The notes under the pieces are model-generated. The model worked only from the letters and a program-made list of their open reading frames with translations, was not told the origin of the DNA and ran no database searches. A DNA stretch of 64,000 nucleotides, taken from positions 10,512 to 74,511 of the forward strand of contig CAZMXP010000010.1 in the NCBI GenBank assembly GCA_964570285.1. Direction: 5' to 3'. The position numbers were made by a program, and so were the translations under genes. Within the stretch, counting starts at the first letter, position 1, and the number at the start of each line of letters is the position of its first letter. Below, in pieces: positions 37,821 through 47,665 of the stretch. Source of the DNA: an uncultured Planctomycetaceae bacterium (GTDB lineage Bacteria; Planctomycetota; PLA2).

Positions 37821-39266
37821 ATGTGCGGCATCCTCGGCATCCTCGGTCCGGAGCCCGTCGCTCCCGACATCCTCAACGGCCTCGTGGCGCTGCAGCACCG
37901 GGGCCAGGATGCCGCGGGCATCGCGACCCTCGACGGGAGAGTGCACATCCAGAAGCGCTTCGGGCTCGTGCGCGACGCGTTCTCGCCGCGCGACGTGGGG
38001 CGTCTCTCGGGCCGCCTCGGCATCGGCCACGTGCGCTACCCGACCGTCGGCCTCGGGGACGTCGCCGACGCGCAGCCCCTCTTCGTGAATGCGCCCTACG
38101 GCATCGCGATGGCGCACAACGGCAACGTGACCAATTTCAGCGCGCTGCGCGCGTGCCTGCAGGAGGACGAGCGGCGGCAGGTGAACACCGAGTGCGACGT
38201 CGAGGTGATCCTGAACGTCTTCGCGGAGGGGCTGAGCCGCCATGTCGAACGGCCCTTCCTCGACGCGTGCGAGGAGGCGGCGCGGTCGGTCTACGCCCGC
38301 GTGAAGGGGTCCTACAGCGTCGTCGCGGCGGTCCACCAGAAGGGGCTGGTCGCGCTGCGCGACCCGTACGGCATCAAGCCGGCCGTCTACGGGCGGCGCG
38401 GCGAGACGCACATCATCGCGAGCGAGTCCTGCGTGCTCGACGCGCTCGGCGCGACGATCGTGCGCGACCTCGTGCCCGGCGAGGTGCTCGTGATCGGCCT
38501 CGACGGAAAGGTGCACTCGCGTCAGGCGGTGCCGCCCAACCACCACCCCTGCGTCTTCGAGTACATCTACTTCGCGCGCCCCGATTCGCTGCTCGACGAC
38601 GTCAGCGTCTACAAGACGCGGCTTCGCCTCGGCGAACACCTCGCGGAGCTGATCCGCGCCCGCGGCATCGAGCCCGACGTCGTGATCCCGGTACCGGACT
38701 CCGCGCGGCCCGCCGCGCAGGCGGTCGCGGAGGTGCTCGGGCTGAAGCTGCGCGAGGGGCTGCTGAAGAACCGCTACATCGGCCGCACCTTCATCATGCC
38801 GCGGCAGAGCGACCGGCGGAGGGGCGTGCGCCACAAGCTCTCGCCGATGCGGCTCGAGATCGAAGGCAAGAAGGTGCTGCTCGTCGACGACTCGATCGTG
38901 CGCGGCACGACGATGAAGGAGCTCATCCAGCTCGTGCGCGACGCGGGCGCCGCGAAGGTCTACGTCGCGAGCAGCTGCCCGCCGATCCGCCACCCCTGCG
39001 TCTACGGCATCGACATGAGCGTGCGCGGCGACTTCATCGCCAGCGGCCGCACCGAGGCGGAGATCGAGAAGCTCCTCGGCGCGGATGCGCTCGTCTACAG
39101 CACGCTGCCCGGCATGGTCGAGGCGGCCCACCGCGGCAACACGAAGATCCGCCACTTCTGCAAGGCCTGCATGGACGGCGACTACCCGACCGGCGACGTC
39201 ACCGAGGCGACTCTGGCGGAGATCGAGTCGGAGCGGCTGAAGGCGCAGAAGTCGCTCGAAGGGTAG
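37821..39266 (+). CDS. purF: Amidophosphoribosyltransferase
   Basis: MCGILGILG N-terminal nucleophile Cys; PRTase motif VLLVDDSIVRGTT; C-terminal Cys cluster for 4Fe-4S. Confidence 0.9.
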   Translation: MCGILGILGPEPVAPDILNGLVALQHRGQDAAGIATLDGRVHIQKRFGLVRDAFSPRDVGRLSGRLGIGHVRYPTVGLGDVADAQPLFVNAPYGIAMAHNGNVTNFSALRACLQEDERRQVNTECDVEVILNVFAEGLSRHVERPFLDACEEAARSVYARVKGSYSVVAAVHQKGLVALRDPYGIKPAVYGRRGETHIIASESCVLDALGATIVRDLVPGEVLVIGLDGKVHSRQAVPPNHHPCVFEYIYFARPDSLLDDVSVYKTRLRLGEHLAELIRARGIEPDVVIPVPDSARPAAQAVAEVLGLKLREGLLKNRYIGRTFIMPRQSDRRRGVRHKLSPMRLEIEGKKVLLVDDSIVRGTTMKELIQLVRDAGAAKVYVASSCPPIRHPCVYGIDMSVRGDFIASGRTEAEIEKLLGADALVYSTLPGMVEAAHRGNTKIRHFCKACMDGDYPTGDVTEATLAEIESERLKAQKSLEG

Positions 39267-39487
39267 GGGGCGCGGGGGCACGCGGCGCGTCGCGGGCGGG
39301 ACGGTACGGATCGAGGTCGCCCCGTCGGCCGCCGACGGGAAGATCCGCGTGGAACCTCGCCCACGGCGCGCCGTAACGCTTCCACCACACCGAGCGGCGA
39401 CTCACGTAACGCTCCGGGCCCGGATTCCACTGTTTCGGCTCTGGCATCGTGGTTGCGTCCGACGGAGCGGGGTAAGGAGGCTCGGCC

Positions 39488-39703
39488 ATGTGGCGGAACT
39501 TGCTCTGCGGTGTCGCGCTTGGCTGCATCGCGTCGGTGGCGGCGGCCCAGGATCCGGGGGAAGGGCAGCTGGTTGCGCGGGACGGGACGGCCTTCCCGCT
39601 GCGACACACCGACGTGAAGGCGGAGGTCTCGGGCACCGTCGCATCGGTGCGCGTGAGGGAGACCTTCCGCCCGGGCACGGTCACCACTCCACCCCGCACG
39701 TAG
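39488..39703 (+). pseudogene. Truncated N-terminal fragment (71 codons) of a secreted VIT-domain (vault inter-alpha-trypsin) protein
   Basis: Strong RBS AAGGAGG 7 nt upstream; signal peptide; DGTAFPLRHTDVKAEVSGTVASVRVRETF matches the start of VIT domains but the ORF stops after 71 aa. Confidence 0.35.
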
Positions 39704-39715
39704 CCCCGGCGCTGC

Positions 39716-39790
39716 CGCCTCCCACTAAAGGCGCATTTTGCTCAGGACCCGCGCCCTGAGTCCCGCCGCTCTCAGGCGAAATGCGCCGCG
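39716..39790. terminator. Nested inverted repeats (GGCGCATTTTGCTCAGG ... CTCAGGCGAAATGCGCC; CTCAGG/CCTGAG) between the convergent VIT fragment and ferredoxin gene; candidate bidirectional terminator
   Basis: Read from sequence; overlaps the last codons of fdx. Confidence 0.35.
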
Positions 39791-40026
39791 TTGATCTGGA
39801 TGTACTTCTGCATCGCCTCCGGCACGTCCGCCTCGGGGTAGATCGCGTTGACCGGGCAGACCGGTTCGCAGGCGCCGCAATCGATGCAGGTCGCGGGGTC
39901 GATGTAGAGCATCTTGCCCGTATTGTCGTCGTAGCCGTCCCGGGGCTGGATGCAGTCCACGGGGCATTCCGCCACGCAGGCCTTGTCGCACACCCCGATG
40001 CAGGGCTCGGTGATCACATAGGTCAT
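39772..40026 (-). CDS. fdxA: 7Fe ferredoxin (FdxA-type, [3Fe-4S][4Fe-4S])
   Basis: MTYVITEPCIGVCDKACVAECPVDCI ... CIDCGACEPVCP; 84 aa; the upstream 48 codons of the track ORF are not coding. Confidence 0.85.
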   Translation of the reverse strand: MTYVITEPCIGVCDKACVAECPVDCIQPRDGYDDNTGKMLYIDPATCIDCGACEPVCPVNAIYPEADVPEAMQKYIQINAAHFA

Positions 40027-40114
40027 CTCGTCCTCCGGCGTCTGGCCGGCCGTGGCCGGCGCCGTCCTTGGGAAACAGACTTTGCCCGATCGAGCGTGAA
40101 AGTCAACCCTTCGC

Positions 40115-42505
40115 TCAGGGCAGGGGCCGAAGGCGCAGGTAGGGCTCCAGGTCCGCGGGCACCCCTTCAAGCGGGAGCGCGCGGATCTGGGCGACCTGCC
40201 ACGGCGTCCACGCCCTGACGCCGACCTCGGCGGGCTCGTAACCCGGCGCCCTCACGCGCAGACGATAGCTGCCGGGAGCGAGGAAAGGCACGACGAGCCG
40301 CCCCCCCGCCCCCCCCCAATCCGCGAAGGTCCGCAGGAAGTCGTCGAACTCCGCGACGTCGGCGAAGTAGCCGTGGAAGCGGCAGGCCGCCGCGAGGCCG
40401 CGCACATCGAGGCCGCTCTCGCTCAGGACCCGCGCCTCCACGCCGAGGATCGGGTTCCCGGCGGGATCGGTCACGCGCAGCGTCGCCTCGACCGCGCGCT
40501 GCAGCGGCAGTTCGCACTCCTCGATGTCGGCGCGGGTGAGATCGAACGGGAAGAGTGTCGCGGGCAGGCCCGGAGCCGACGCGCACACAAGGAGAGGGGC
40601 CGCGGGGAGACCCACGAGCCGGAAGTAGCCGTCGGGGTCCACGGAGGTCGCGGCGAGGGCGCTCTTCGGGTCTCCGTCGACGAGGCGCACGGTGGCGCGG
40701 TCGAGGGGCGTGTCGGTGAAGACGGGGGGGCCGAGGGGGCCGAGCCGCCCCTCGCGGAGGAAGACCCTGCCGGCGAGGGAGCGGCCGCGGACGACCCGGA
40801 GGATCTGGGGCTCCTGCGGCGTCGCGTGGGCGAGGACCATCGCGCCCAAGGTGCCGAGGAAGCCGGGCGCGCCGACCTCCGCCACGTAGCCGCCGGTGGG
40901 CAGGTCGGTCACTTCGACGAAGTCGCCGCCGCGGGGGATCGACACCTCCCGACGCAGCGCGCTTCCGACCGCCGCGAGCAGCAGCGTGGCGCGAGCGAGC
41001 GGCCGGCCGGCGGTGTCGAGGCGGATGCGCAAGGTGCCCGCCCGCTCGAGGCGCACGACGACCCGGCTCTCCGGCCTTGCGCGGAGTTCCACGAAGGGGA
41101 GGTGCGGGTCGTCGTGCAGCGCCCGGCAGCCCGGGGCCGGGCTCAGCACGAGGGCGAATTCGCCGGCGCCCCGGGCGAGTCCCTCGAGCACAAAGGCGCC
41201 GTCGGCGCCGGAGAGAGCCTCGCAGCCGCCGCAGCGCACCTCGACGCCGGGCAGCGGCCTCCCGTCCGCGTCCGCCACGGTGCCGCGAAGCGAGGTGAGG
41301 GCGGAGGCGGGGGGTGGGGCGATGCTGCACTCGGCGACCGCGCCTGCCGCCGCGGCGACCCGCTCCCCGGTCTCGTCGAGATCGACGAGCGTGAGCAGGT
41401 ACTCGCCGCCGAGCAGGCCGTCGATGTGGAAGCGGCCGCGCCGGTCGGCGCGCACGGTGCGGCGGCCCTCCCGGCCCGTGCAGGCGACGACGGCGCCGGG
41501 CGCGGTCTGCCCCGCGACCGCGGCGCCGCGATGAAGCGTGACCTCGTGGTGGGCGCATGCGCCCGCGGGTGGAGCGGCGAAGGCCGCCACCGACTCCGGC
41601 AGGCAGCCGGGGGCGGAGACGAGGATGCGGTACTCCGCCCCCGGACTGAGCCCGCTGAAACGGAACCGGCGGCCCCCCTCGCGCCGTTCGGCCAGCACGT
41701 TGGCACGGAGCCGGGGTTCTGCGAGCACGCGTTCCAGCCAGTGCGGCATCAGCAGCGCGCTCGCCTGCCCGCCGCCGCCGCGGACCGTGAGCGAGACGCT
41801 TGAGCCGGGCACCAGCGCGATGTCGCAGCGCGTGCGCTCCTCCCCCGGCCGGAAATCGATCCGGCGCAGCGTCTCCGCCCAGCCGATCGCGCGCACCCGA
41901 AGCGAGACGACCCTGCCGCGGAATCCGCCGATGCCGAAGCTCCCGTCCGCACCGGAGTGCGCGAGGCGCCCCGTGGGCCGCCCGTCGGCAAACGCCTCGA
42001 CCGTCGCACCGGGGATGGGCCGACCATCGGGCGCGGCCACGGTCCCGACGACGACGAGGCCCGGATCGAGCTCGAACCCGAGCCGCGAGGGGCCGCGGAC
42101 GCGCACGAGCGTCCCCTCGGAGGGGACGCGGTCGGGATGGATCGCGACGAGTCGGTGGATGCCTTCGGGCAGGCGCAACTCGCCGGGCTCGAACAGGAGC
42201 CCCTCCCAGACAAGCCGCGTTCCGCGCGGCGCGTCGACCGTGACCGGAAAGGCCCGCCTGGCGACAAGGCGCGCGTCGTCGCGCACCCCGCGCGCCACCG
42301 CGCTCATGGTGCCCGGCCCCATCGCGATCAGGTCGTACTCCGCCTCCGCGAGCCCCGCGAGCAGCGCCCTCCCCCCGACGACCTCCGCGCGGGCGCGCTC
42401 CATCCCGTCGCGGTAGGCGATGACGACCTCCGCTCCGCCCTCGACCTCCGCGCGGATCTCCACCGGCGGGAGAGCGGCAAGCACGAGGATCAGCAGCGCG
42501 TTCAC
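40115..42505 (-). CDS. Large secreted CarbopepD_reg-repeat protein (paralog 2)
   Basis: GTG start (revcomp 42503-42505) overlapping htpX stop; signal peptide VNALLILVLAALP; many Ig-like repeats (GTVAAPDGRPIPGATVEA, GTVADADGRPLPGVEVRC, and similar). Confidence 0.65.
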   Translation of the reverse strand: MNALLILVLAALPPVEIRAEVEGGAEVVIAYRDGMERARAEVVGGRALLAGLAEAEYDLIAMGPGTMSAVARGVRDDARLVARRAFPVTVDAPRGTRLVWEGLLFEPGELRLPEGIHRLVAIHPDRVPSEGTLVRVRGPSRLGFELDPGLVVVGTVAAPDGRPIPGATVEAFADGRPTGRLAHSGADGSFGIGGFRGRVVSLRVRAIGWAETLRRIDFRPGEERTRCDIALVPGSSVSLTVRGGGGQASALLMPHWLERVLAEPRLRANVLAERREGGRRFRFSGLSPGAEYRILVSAPGCLPESVAAFAAPPAGACAHHEVTLHRGAAVAGQTAPGAVVACTGREGRRTVRADRRGRFHIDGLLGGEYLLTLVDLDETGERVAAAAGAVAECSIAPPPASALTSLRGTVADADGRPLPGVEVRCGGCEALSGADGAFVLEGLARGAGEFALVLSPAPGCRALHDDPHLPFVELRARPESRVVVRLERAGTLRIRLDTAGRPLARATLLLAAVGSALRREVSIPRGGDFVEVTDLPTGGYVAEVGAPGFLGTLGAMVLAHATPQEPQILRVVRGRSLAGRVFLREGRLGPLGPPVFTDTPLDRATVRLVDGDPKSALAATSVDPDGYFRLVGLPAAPLLVCASAPGLPATLFPFDLTRADIEECELPLQRAVEATLRVTDPAGNPILGVEARVLSESGLDVRGLAAACRFHGYFADVAEFDDFLRTFADWGGAGGRLVVPFLAPGSYRLRVRAPGYEPAEVGVRAWTPWQVAQIRALPLEGVPADLEPYLRLRPLP

Positions 42506-43401
42506 ACGACCCCCGCGAGCGCCCGGAGCTTCCGGATGCGCTCGGCGACCGGCGGGTGCGTCGCGAAGACATGGTTGAGCGTCTGGCGGGGACGCAGCGG
42601 GTTCACGATGAAGAGGTGCTGCGTGCCGCGCGTGGCGGTCTCGAGCTTCCGGTCGGTGGAGGAGAGCTTCTCGAGGGCGTCGGCCAGCGCGCCCGGGTTG
42701 CGCGTCATGGCCGCGCCGGTCGCGTCGGCGAGGTACTCGCGGCGCCTCGAGACGGCGAACTGCACGAGCGTCGCCGCGAGGGGCGCGAGCAGCGCGCAGA
42801 CGATCGCGACGACCATCATCGGGGCCGCCTGCTTGCCGCGGGCGCGCGTGCCGTGGCGCATGCCCCGCAGATACATGTCGGCGAGGATCGCGATGCTGCC
42901 CACGATGACGGCCATCAGCACCATCACGCGCGTGTCGCGGTTCCCGATGTGCGCCATCTCGTGCGCCATCACGCCCTGCAACTCCTCCCGCGTGAGGCGC
43001 TCCCGCAGGCCGCGGGTGATCGCGACCGCGCTCTCCTCCGGCTTCATGCCGGTCGCGAAGGCGTTCATCGCGTCGCTCTCGATCCTGAAGATGCGCGGGC
43101 GCGGCAGGCCGCTCGCGATGCAGAGTTCCTCCACCACATTGACGAGTTCGGGGTCGTCGCTCTTCCCCATCTCCTTGGCCCCGCTCGCCGCGAGCATGAT
43201 CGCGCCGCCCTGCGTCCAGGCGACCAGGGCGAGGATCAGCGCGAGGCCGGTCGCGACGGCGAGGCCCACGTAGGGCACGCGCCCCACCGCCTCGCCGAGC
43301 AGGAGCCCAAACAGGCCGAGCAGGGCGACGGCGACGGCGATCAGCACGACCGAGCGACGGCGGTTCGCGTCGGCATACTGGAAGAGGCCGGGGGAGACCA
43401 T
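42502..43401 (-). CDS. htpX: Protease HtpX (M48 family, membrane)
   Basis: HEMAHIGNRD zincin motif, TM helices, typical HtpX length. Confidence 0.85.
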   Translation of the reverse strand: MVSPGLFQYADANRRRSVVLIAVAVALLGLFGLLLGEAVGRVPYVGLAVATGLALILALVAWTQGGAIMLAASGAKEMGKSDDPELVNVVEELCIASGLPRPRIFRIESDAMNAFATGMKPEESAVAITRGLRERLTREELQGVMAHEMAHIGNRDTRVMVLMAVIVGSIAILADMYLRGMRHGTRARGKQAAPMMVVAIVCALLAPLAATLVQFAVSRRREYLADATGAAMTRNPGALADALEKLSSTDRKLETATRGTQHLFIVNPLRPRQTLNHVFATHPPVAERIRKLRALAGVV

Positions 43402-43422
43402 CGGCCCAGGGACGCCCCGCGC

Positions 43423-43986
43423 CTAGAAGGCGACCTTCGGGACCGCGCGCTGGGCGGGGTCCTCGAGCTCGAAGAACTCGAGCGGCGGGAAGTCGCCGAA
43501 GTTCTTCACGACGTTGCTCGGGAACTGCTCGCGTTTCGTGTTGTAGCGGCGCACGGAGTCGTTGTAGTGCTGGCGCGCGAAGGAGATCCGGTTCTCCGTC
43601 GAGGAGAGCTCCTCCTGCAGCGCGAGCATGTTCTGGTTCGCCTTCAGGTCGGGGTAGGCCTCGGCCAGCGCGAGGAACTTCGTCAGCATGCCGCTGAGCA
43701 GGCCCTCCGCGGCCCCGACGGCGGCGGGACCCTTCGCCGGGTCCGCGGTGGCGGTGACGGCCGCGTTGCGCGCCTGGATCACCCGCTCCAGCGTCTCCCG
43801 CTCGTGCTTCATGTAGCCCTTGGCGGTCTCGACGAGGTTCGGGATCAGGTCGTGCCGGCGCTTCAGCTGCACGTCGATCTGCGCCCACGCCTCCTTGCCG
43901 ATGTTCTTCAGGGAGACGAGGCTGTTGTAGAGCGCGACGAACCAGAGGAGCGCGACGACCGCGATGCCGATGTACACGAGGTTCAT
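43423..43986 (-). CDS. lemA: LemA family protein
   Basis: MNLVYIGIAVVALLWFVALYNSLVSL N-terminal TM plus LemA core (RRHDLIPNLVETAKGY...); the 17 upstream codons of the track ORF are probably not translated. Confidence 0.75.
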   Translation of the reverse strand: MNLVYIGIAVVALLWFVALYNSLVSLKNIGKEAWAQIDVQLKRRHDLIPNLVETAKGYMKHERETLERVIQARNAAVTATADPAKGPAAVGAAEGLLSGMLTKFLALAEAYPDLKANQNMLALQEELSSTENRISFARQHYNDSVRRYNTKREQFPSNVVKNFGDFPPLEFFELEDPAQRAVPKVAF

Positions 43987-44066
43987 CGGAATCTCGGCGA
44001 GCAGGGGGGACAGGGCGAAATCGGCGGGATCGGCCATCGGGCCAGTCTACCCGCCCCGTCCCGCGC

Positions 44067-44633
44067 CTATTCGCCCGCGGCCGCTTCCGGGGGCTCCGGG
44101 GGTTCCGCGGGCAGCGGGTTCTGCCCGAGGAACTCGACCACCTGCGGCCGGACGCGCGAGGGCAAGAGATCGGCCACGCGACCCATCGCGCGCCAGAGCA
44201 GAGGCCCCGAGCGGCTCTGGGAGATCGCCCGCTCCAGCTCGCCGCCGTCGCGGGAGACGTAGACCGCCGCGAGCAGGATCGCCGCGCAGATGAGGGCGCC
44301 CTTCAGGAGGCCGAGCGCCCCCCCCATCAGCCGGTCGTAGGGCGAGAGCTGCAGCCGGTCGATCATCTTCTTCAGCATCGCGCCGATGAAGGCGACGACG
44401 AGCACGGTCGTGACCACGATGCCGACGAACGCGATCGTTCCGTTGTGCGCGGTCGCCACCCGCGGATCGAGCAGCTTCTCGCGAAGCGGCTCGCCGTAGC
44501 GGCTCGCGAGGTAGAGGCCGCCGACGATGCCGGTGATCCCCACCATCTGCGGCAGGAACCCCCGCATCAGCCCCAGCACGAGGGTCACCGCCAGCGTGCC
44601 GAGCACGAGGATGTCCACGATCGGAATGGCCAC
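44067..44633 (-). CDS. cvpA: CvpA family (colicin V production) membrane protein
   Basis: MAIPIVDILVLGTLAVTLVLGLMRGF typical CvpA N-terminus; 4 TM helices. Confidence 0.75.
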   Translation of the reverse strand: MAIPIVDILVLGTLAVTLVLGLMRGFLPQMVGITGIVGGLYLASRYGEPLREKLLDPRVATAHNGTIAFVGIVVTTVLVVAFIGAMLKKMIDRLQLSPYDRLMGGALGLLKGALICAAILLAAVYVSRDGGELERAISQSRSGPLLWRAMGRVADLLPSRVRPQVVEFLGQNPLPAEPPEPPEAAAGE

Positions 44634-44663
44634 GTCCTCCCATTATCCATCGGCTGGCGTAGC

Positions 44664-45113
44664 ATGCGGGCCGCGGTGCCCCCCCCGGACCCCCCCCTTC
44701 GCACCCTTCTGGGGCGCGCCCTCGCGCGCCGCTGCCCGGCTTGCGCCCAAGGACGCCTCTTCCGCTCCTTCCTCCGCCTCCACCGGGCCTGCCCCGCCTG
44801 CGGATGGCTCATCGAGCGCGAACCGGGCGCGGTGACCGGCCCGATGTATGTCGTCGCGATCCTGACCCAGCTCTTCGCGGCGCTGCTGCTGGGCCTCTCG
44901 TGGCTCCTCGTGGACTGGTCGCCCGCGCTGCTCCTCGCGGTGGGTCTCCCGGTCATCGCGCTCTTCTCGCTGCTGATGCTCCCCGTCGCGAAAGGAATGT
45001 GGGTCGCTCTCGACTACATCACCGACCTGCGCACCGGCGAAGCCTCCCGCCCCGACTATGCCCGAAGAGCCTATTCCGGGGGGGCCCGGGGGGGCGAAGT
45101 CCCCCCCGAGTAA
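44664..45113 (+). CDS. DUF983 family Zn-ribbon membrane protein; C-terminal codons and stop supplied by G7/C7 module
   Basis: CPACAQGRLF...CPACGW zinc ribbon plus two TM helices; ends ...SGGARGGEVPPE*, the same C-terminus as the ECF sigma gene. Confidence 0.6.
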   Translation: MRAAVPPPDPPLRTLLGRALARRCPACAQGRLFRSFLRLHRACPACGWLIEREPGAVTGPMYVVAILTQLFAALLLGLSWLLVDWSPALLLAVGLPVIALFSLLMLPVAKGMWVALDYITDLRTGEASRPDYARRAYSGGARGGEVPPE

Positions 45114-45116
45114 TCG
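45078..45116. repeat. G7-C-C-G7-CGAAG-TC7-GAGTAATC module (third copy)
   Basis: Near-identical to 28133-28170. Confidence 0.6.
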
Positions 45117-45162
45117 ATGGCCCGGGGGGGCGTTCAGGGTGCGATGGCGCGCCGAAGGCCAC

Positions 45163-45530
45163 GCGGTGGACCACCGCCTTCGTCTTGCGCTTGGAAGAAG
45201 GAACCCAGGAACTTAGGAACCTAGGAAGAGGCGCATTCGACCCATCCGAGTCCCGGGATGCTCCCATTTCCTCTCATGGGTTCCTCCCTTCCTGGTTTCC
45301 TTATCAAATCCGATTTCCTCGGCCCTGATCGCTTGTGCTCCATGCCCGCAGAGTCCTCGCCGCCTGCGCGGATCCCGACATGTCACTGGATTCGAGCGGG
45401 GTGAACGAAAACCACGGAGGCGCGAAGGCACGAAGGAGCCTCCGCGACCCGGTGCGCGCGCTGCGCGCCGGCTCGTCGCTTCCCGGTCTCCGTGCCTTCC
45501 TGCTCTCGTGGTCCTTGCTCCACATGGACT
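45163..45530 (+). repeat. Copy 4 of the ~400-bp repetitive element (full-length homolog of 17765-18140)
   Basis: About 85% identity to copy 1 across the whole core; intergenic between the DUF983 and CBS genes. Confidence 0.75.
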
Positions 45531-45599
45531 GGACCCCTGGGCCAAGCCTCGTAACCGTGGCGCACGGGCGAGGCACGCCGGGCAGGACCGGGAGCCGGC

Positions 45600-46103
45600 C
45601 TACTTGCCGGAGAGGGGGGCGGCGTCGAGGATCGACTCGGCGATGTGGTGGTAGAGCGACGACCGGTAGACGATGCCGATCACGCGGCCGTCGCGCACCA
45701 CCGGAAGGCTCTTGACCCGGCGGCTGACGATCAGGTCCGCCGCCTCGAACAGGTCGGCGTCGGGACGCAGCGTCACCGGGTCGCGGCTCATCACGTCGCG
45801 GACGCGCACCTTCGCCGCCCACGCCGCGAGGCCCTTGAAGTCCGAGGGCTCCATCGAGGGTGCCGCCCGGTGCCCCGGCGCGGCGAGTTCGCGGACGAAG
45901 TAGGGGAAGAGGATCTCCCCGACGACATCGGACTGCGTGAGGATGCCGCTCAGCTTGCCGTCGGCGCCGAGCACGACGACGCACTTGATCCCGATCTCGT
46001 CCTCGACGAGCGGGCACTCCCGCAGCCGCTGCATCGCCGCGAGGAGCGTCGTGCCCTCCTGCACGACCTGGAATTCCGAGGTCATCACGTCGGCTACCGT
46101 CAC
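45600..46103 (-). CDS. CBS-domain pair protein
   Basis: Two CBS motifs (DVMTSEF...PLVEDE...VLGADGKLSGILTQSDV; DVMSRDPVTL...LPVVRDGRVIGIVYRSSL). Confidence 0.75.
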   Translation of the reverse strand: MTVADVMTSEFQVVQEGTTLLAAMQRLRECPLVEDEIGIKCVVVLGADGKLSGILTQSDVVGEILFPYFVRELAAPGHRAAPSMEPSDFKGLAAWAAKVRVRDVMSRDPVTLRPDADLFEAADLIVSRRVKSLPVVRDGRVIGIVYRSSLYHHIAESILDAAPLSGK

Positions 46104-46132
46104 GTGTCACCTGCCATCGCATCCATCGGCTT

Positions 46133-47665
46133 TCATCCGCGGGCCGATCCCGCGCCGGATCGCCCCGGCGACGACTCCCGCAATCCGTGGGCCGCAGCGG
46201 CCCGCGGCAGCAGCACGCGGAACGTGCTGCCCTTCCCGACCTCGCTCTCGACCTCGATCCGGCCCCCGTGCTCGCGCACGATGTCCTGCGAGATCGTCAG
46301 CCCGTACCCGGTGCCCGCCTCCCCCTTCGTCGTATAGAGGAAGTCGAAGATGCGGCCGATCGCCTCGGGCGGGATGCCGATGCCCGTGTCCCGGATCTCG
46401 ATCGACACCGTGGAATCCTGCGCGGAGACCTCCGCGAGCAGGCTCCCGCCGTCGGGCATCGCGTCCCTCGCGTTCGTGATCAGGTTGAGCAGCACCTGCG
46501 AGAGGCCCCCGGCGTCGGCGTCGAGCGTGTGGCGCCCCCGCTCCCCCTTCACCTCCATCTTGATCCCGCGCTGGTGGAGGTCGTGCCGCAGCAGCGCATG
46601 CAGCTCCCCGAGCAGCGTGATCGGGTCGACCTTGTCCTCGCGCCGCACGGTCGCCCGCGTCACCCCGCGGAGCTGGGCGATCAGCTCCCCGGTGCGCGCC
46701 AGCGCGTCCCGCATCACCGCGGCCCCGCGCCGCATCTCCTCGGCCGGGATCGTCTCGCCGCGGTCGAGGCGCTTCAGCAGCGCCTCGAGGTATTGCGCGA
46801 CGCCGTGCACCGGATTAGCGACCTCGTGCACGATGCTGCCCGCGAGCCGGCCGATCGCCGCCTGCCGCTCCTGCTCGCGCACGATCGCGTGCATGCGTGC
46901 GCGGTGGCGCATGTCCTGCATGTATCCGGTGAAGCCGACGCGCTCGCCGAGGTGGTCGAGGGTGACGACGCGTTCGTCGAACACCGGGATCAGCGTCCCG
47001 TCCTTCCCGCGCGCGAGCAGCTCGCCGCTGGCCCGGCCCTCCCGCCGGCAGAGCTCGAGCCAGTAGAGGGGGTCGTAGCCCTCGTCGAAGAGTTCCCCGA
47101 TGCCCTTCCGGCCGACGACCTCCGCCTCGCCATACCCGAGGAGCTCGCTGATGTGGCGGTTGAAGGAGGTCACGAGCCCGCGCGCGTCCAGCGTGTAGAT
47201 CCCGACCGGCACCGTCGCGTAGATCTGGCGCAGCTCCCGCGTGCGCCTGCCCACCTCGTCTTCGAGGCCGCGGTTCAACGACTCCAGCCGCTCCTGCAAC
47301 TCGCGGATGCGCAACATGGCCCGGACGCGCGCGAGCAACTCCTGGTGGGCGACGGGCTTGGTCACGTAGTCGTCGCCGCCGGCGGCGAGGCCGCGCACGA
47401 CGCTCTCGGTGTCGCGGTTGTGGGCGGTGACGAGAATGATCGGGATGCTGCGGGTCGTCTCGTCGGCGCGCAGGCGCCGGCAGACCTCGAAGCCGTCCAT
47501 GGCCGGCATCTGCACGTCGAGCAGGATGCAGTGCGGCCGCTCGCGCTGCGCGAGCGCGATCGCCTCCGCCCCGCCGGCCGCCTCGAGGACGTCGTAGCCG
47601 TCGAGGAGCAGCCGGAGCGAGTACCGGTTGTCGGCGTTGTCGTCGACGACGAGGATGCGGCTCAT
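46133..47665 (-). CDS. Hybrid sensor: N-terminal receiver (REC) - PAS - HisKA - HATPase histidine kinase
   Basis: MSRILVVDDNADN...LLDVQMPAMDG REC; PAS (VGIYTLDARGLVTSFNR); H-box HEVANPV; G-boxes DTGIGI, GTGYGL; the upstream 785 codons of the track ORF are artefact. Confidence 0.8.
   Translation of the reverse strand: MSRILVVDDNADNRYSLRLLLDGYDVLEAAGGAEAIALAQRERPHCILLDVQMPAMDGFEVCRRLRADETTRSIPIILVTAHNRDTESVVRGLAAGGDDYVTKPVAHQELLARVRAMLRIRELQERLESLNRGLEDEVGRRTRELRQIYATVPVGIYTLDARGLVTSFNRHISELLGYGEAEVVGRKGIGELFDEGYDPLYWLELCRREGRASGELLARGKDGTLIPVFDERVVTLDHLGERVGFTGYMQDMRHRARMHAIVREQERQAAIGRLAGSIVHEVANPVHGVAQYLEALLKRLDRGETIPAEEMRRGAAVMRDALARTGELIAQLRGVTRATVRREDKVDPITLLGELHALLRHDLHQRGIKMEVKGERGRHTLDADAGGLSQVLLNLITNARDAMPDGGSLLAEVSAQDSTVSIEIRDTGIGIPPEAIGRIFDFLYTTKGEAGTGYGLTISQDIVREHGGRIEVESEVGKGSTFRVLLPRAAAAHGLRESSPGRSGAGSARG

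Noticed and set aside
39270-39480. Possible tRNA or small RNA in the purF-downstream spacer
   Set aside because: No cloverleaf-compatible sequence (no GTTC-R-A T-loop with a matching acceptor stem) could be identified by eye.
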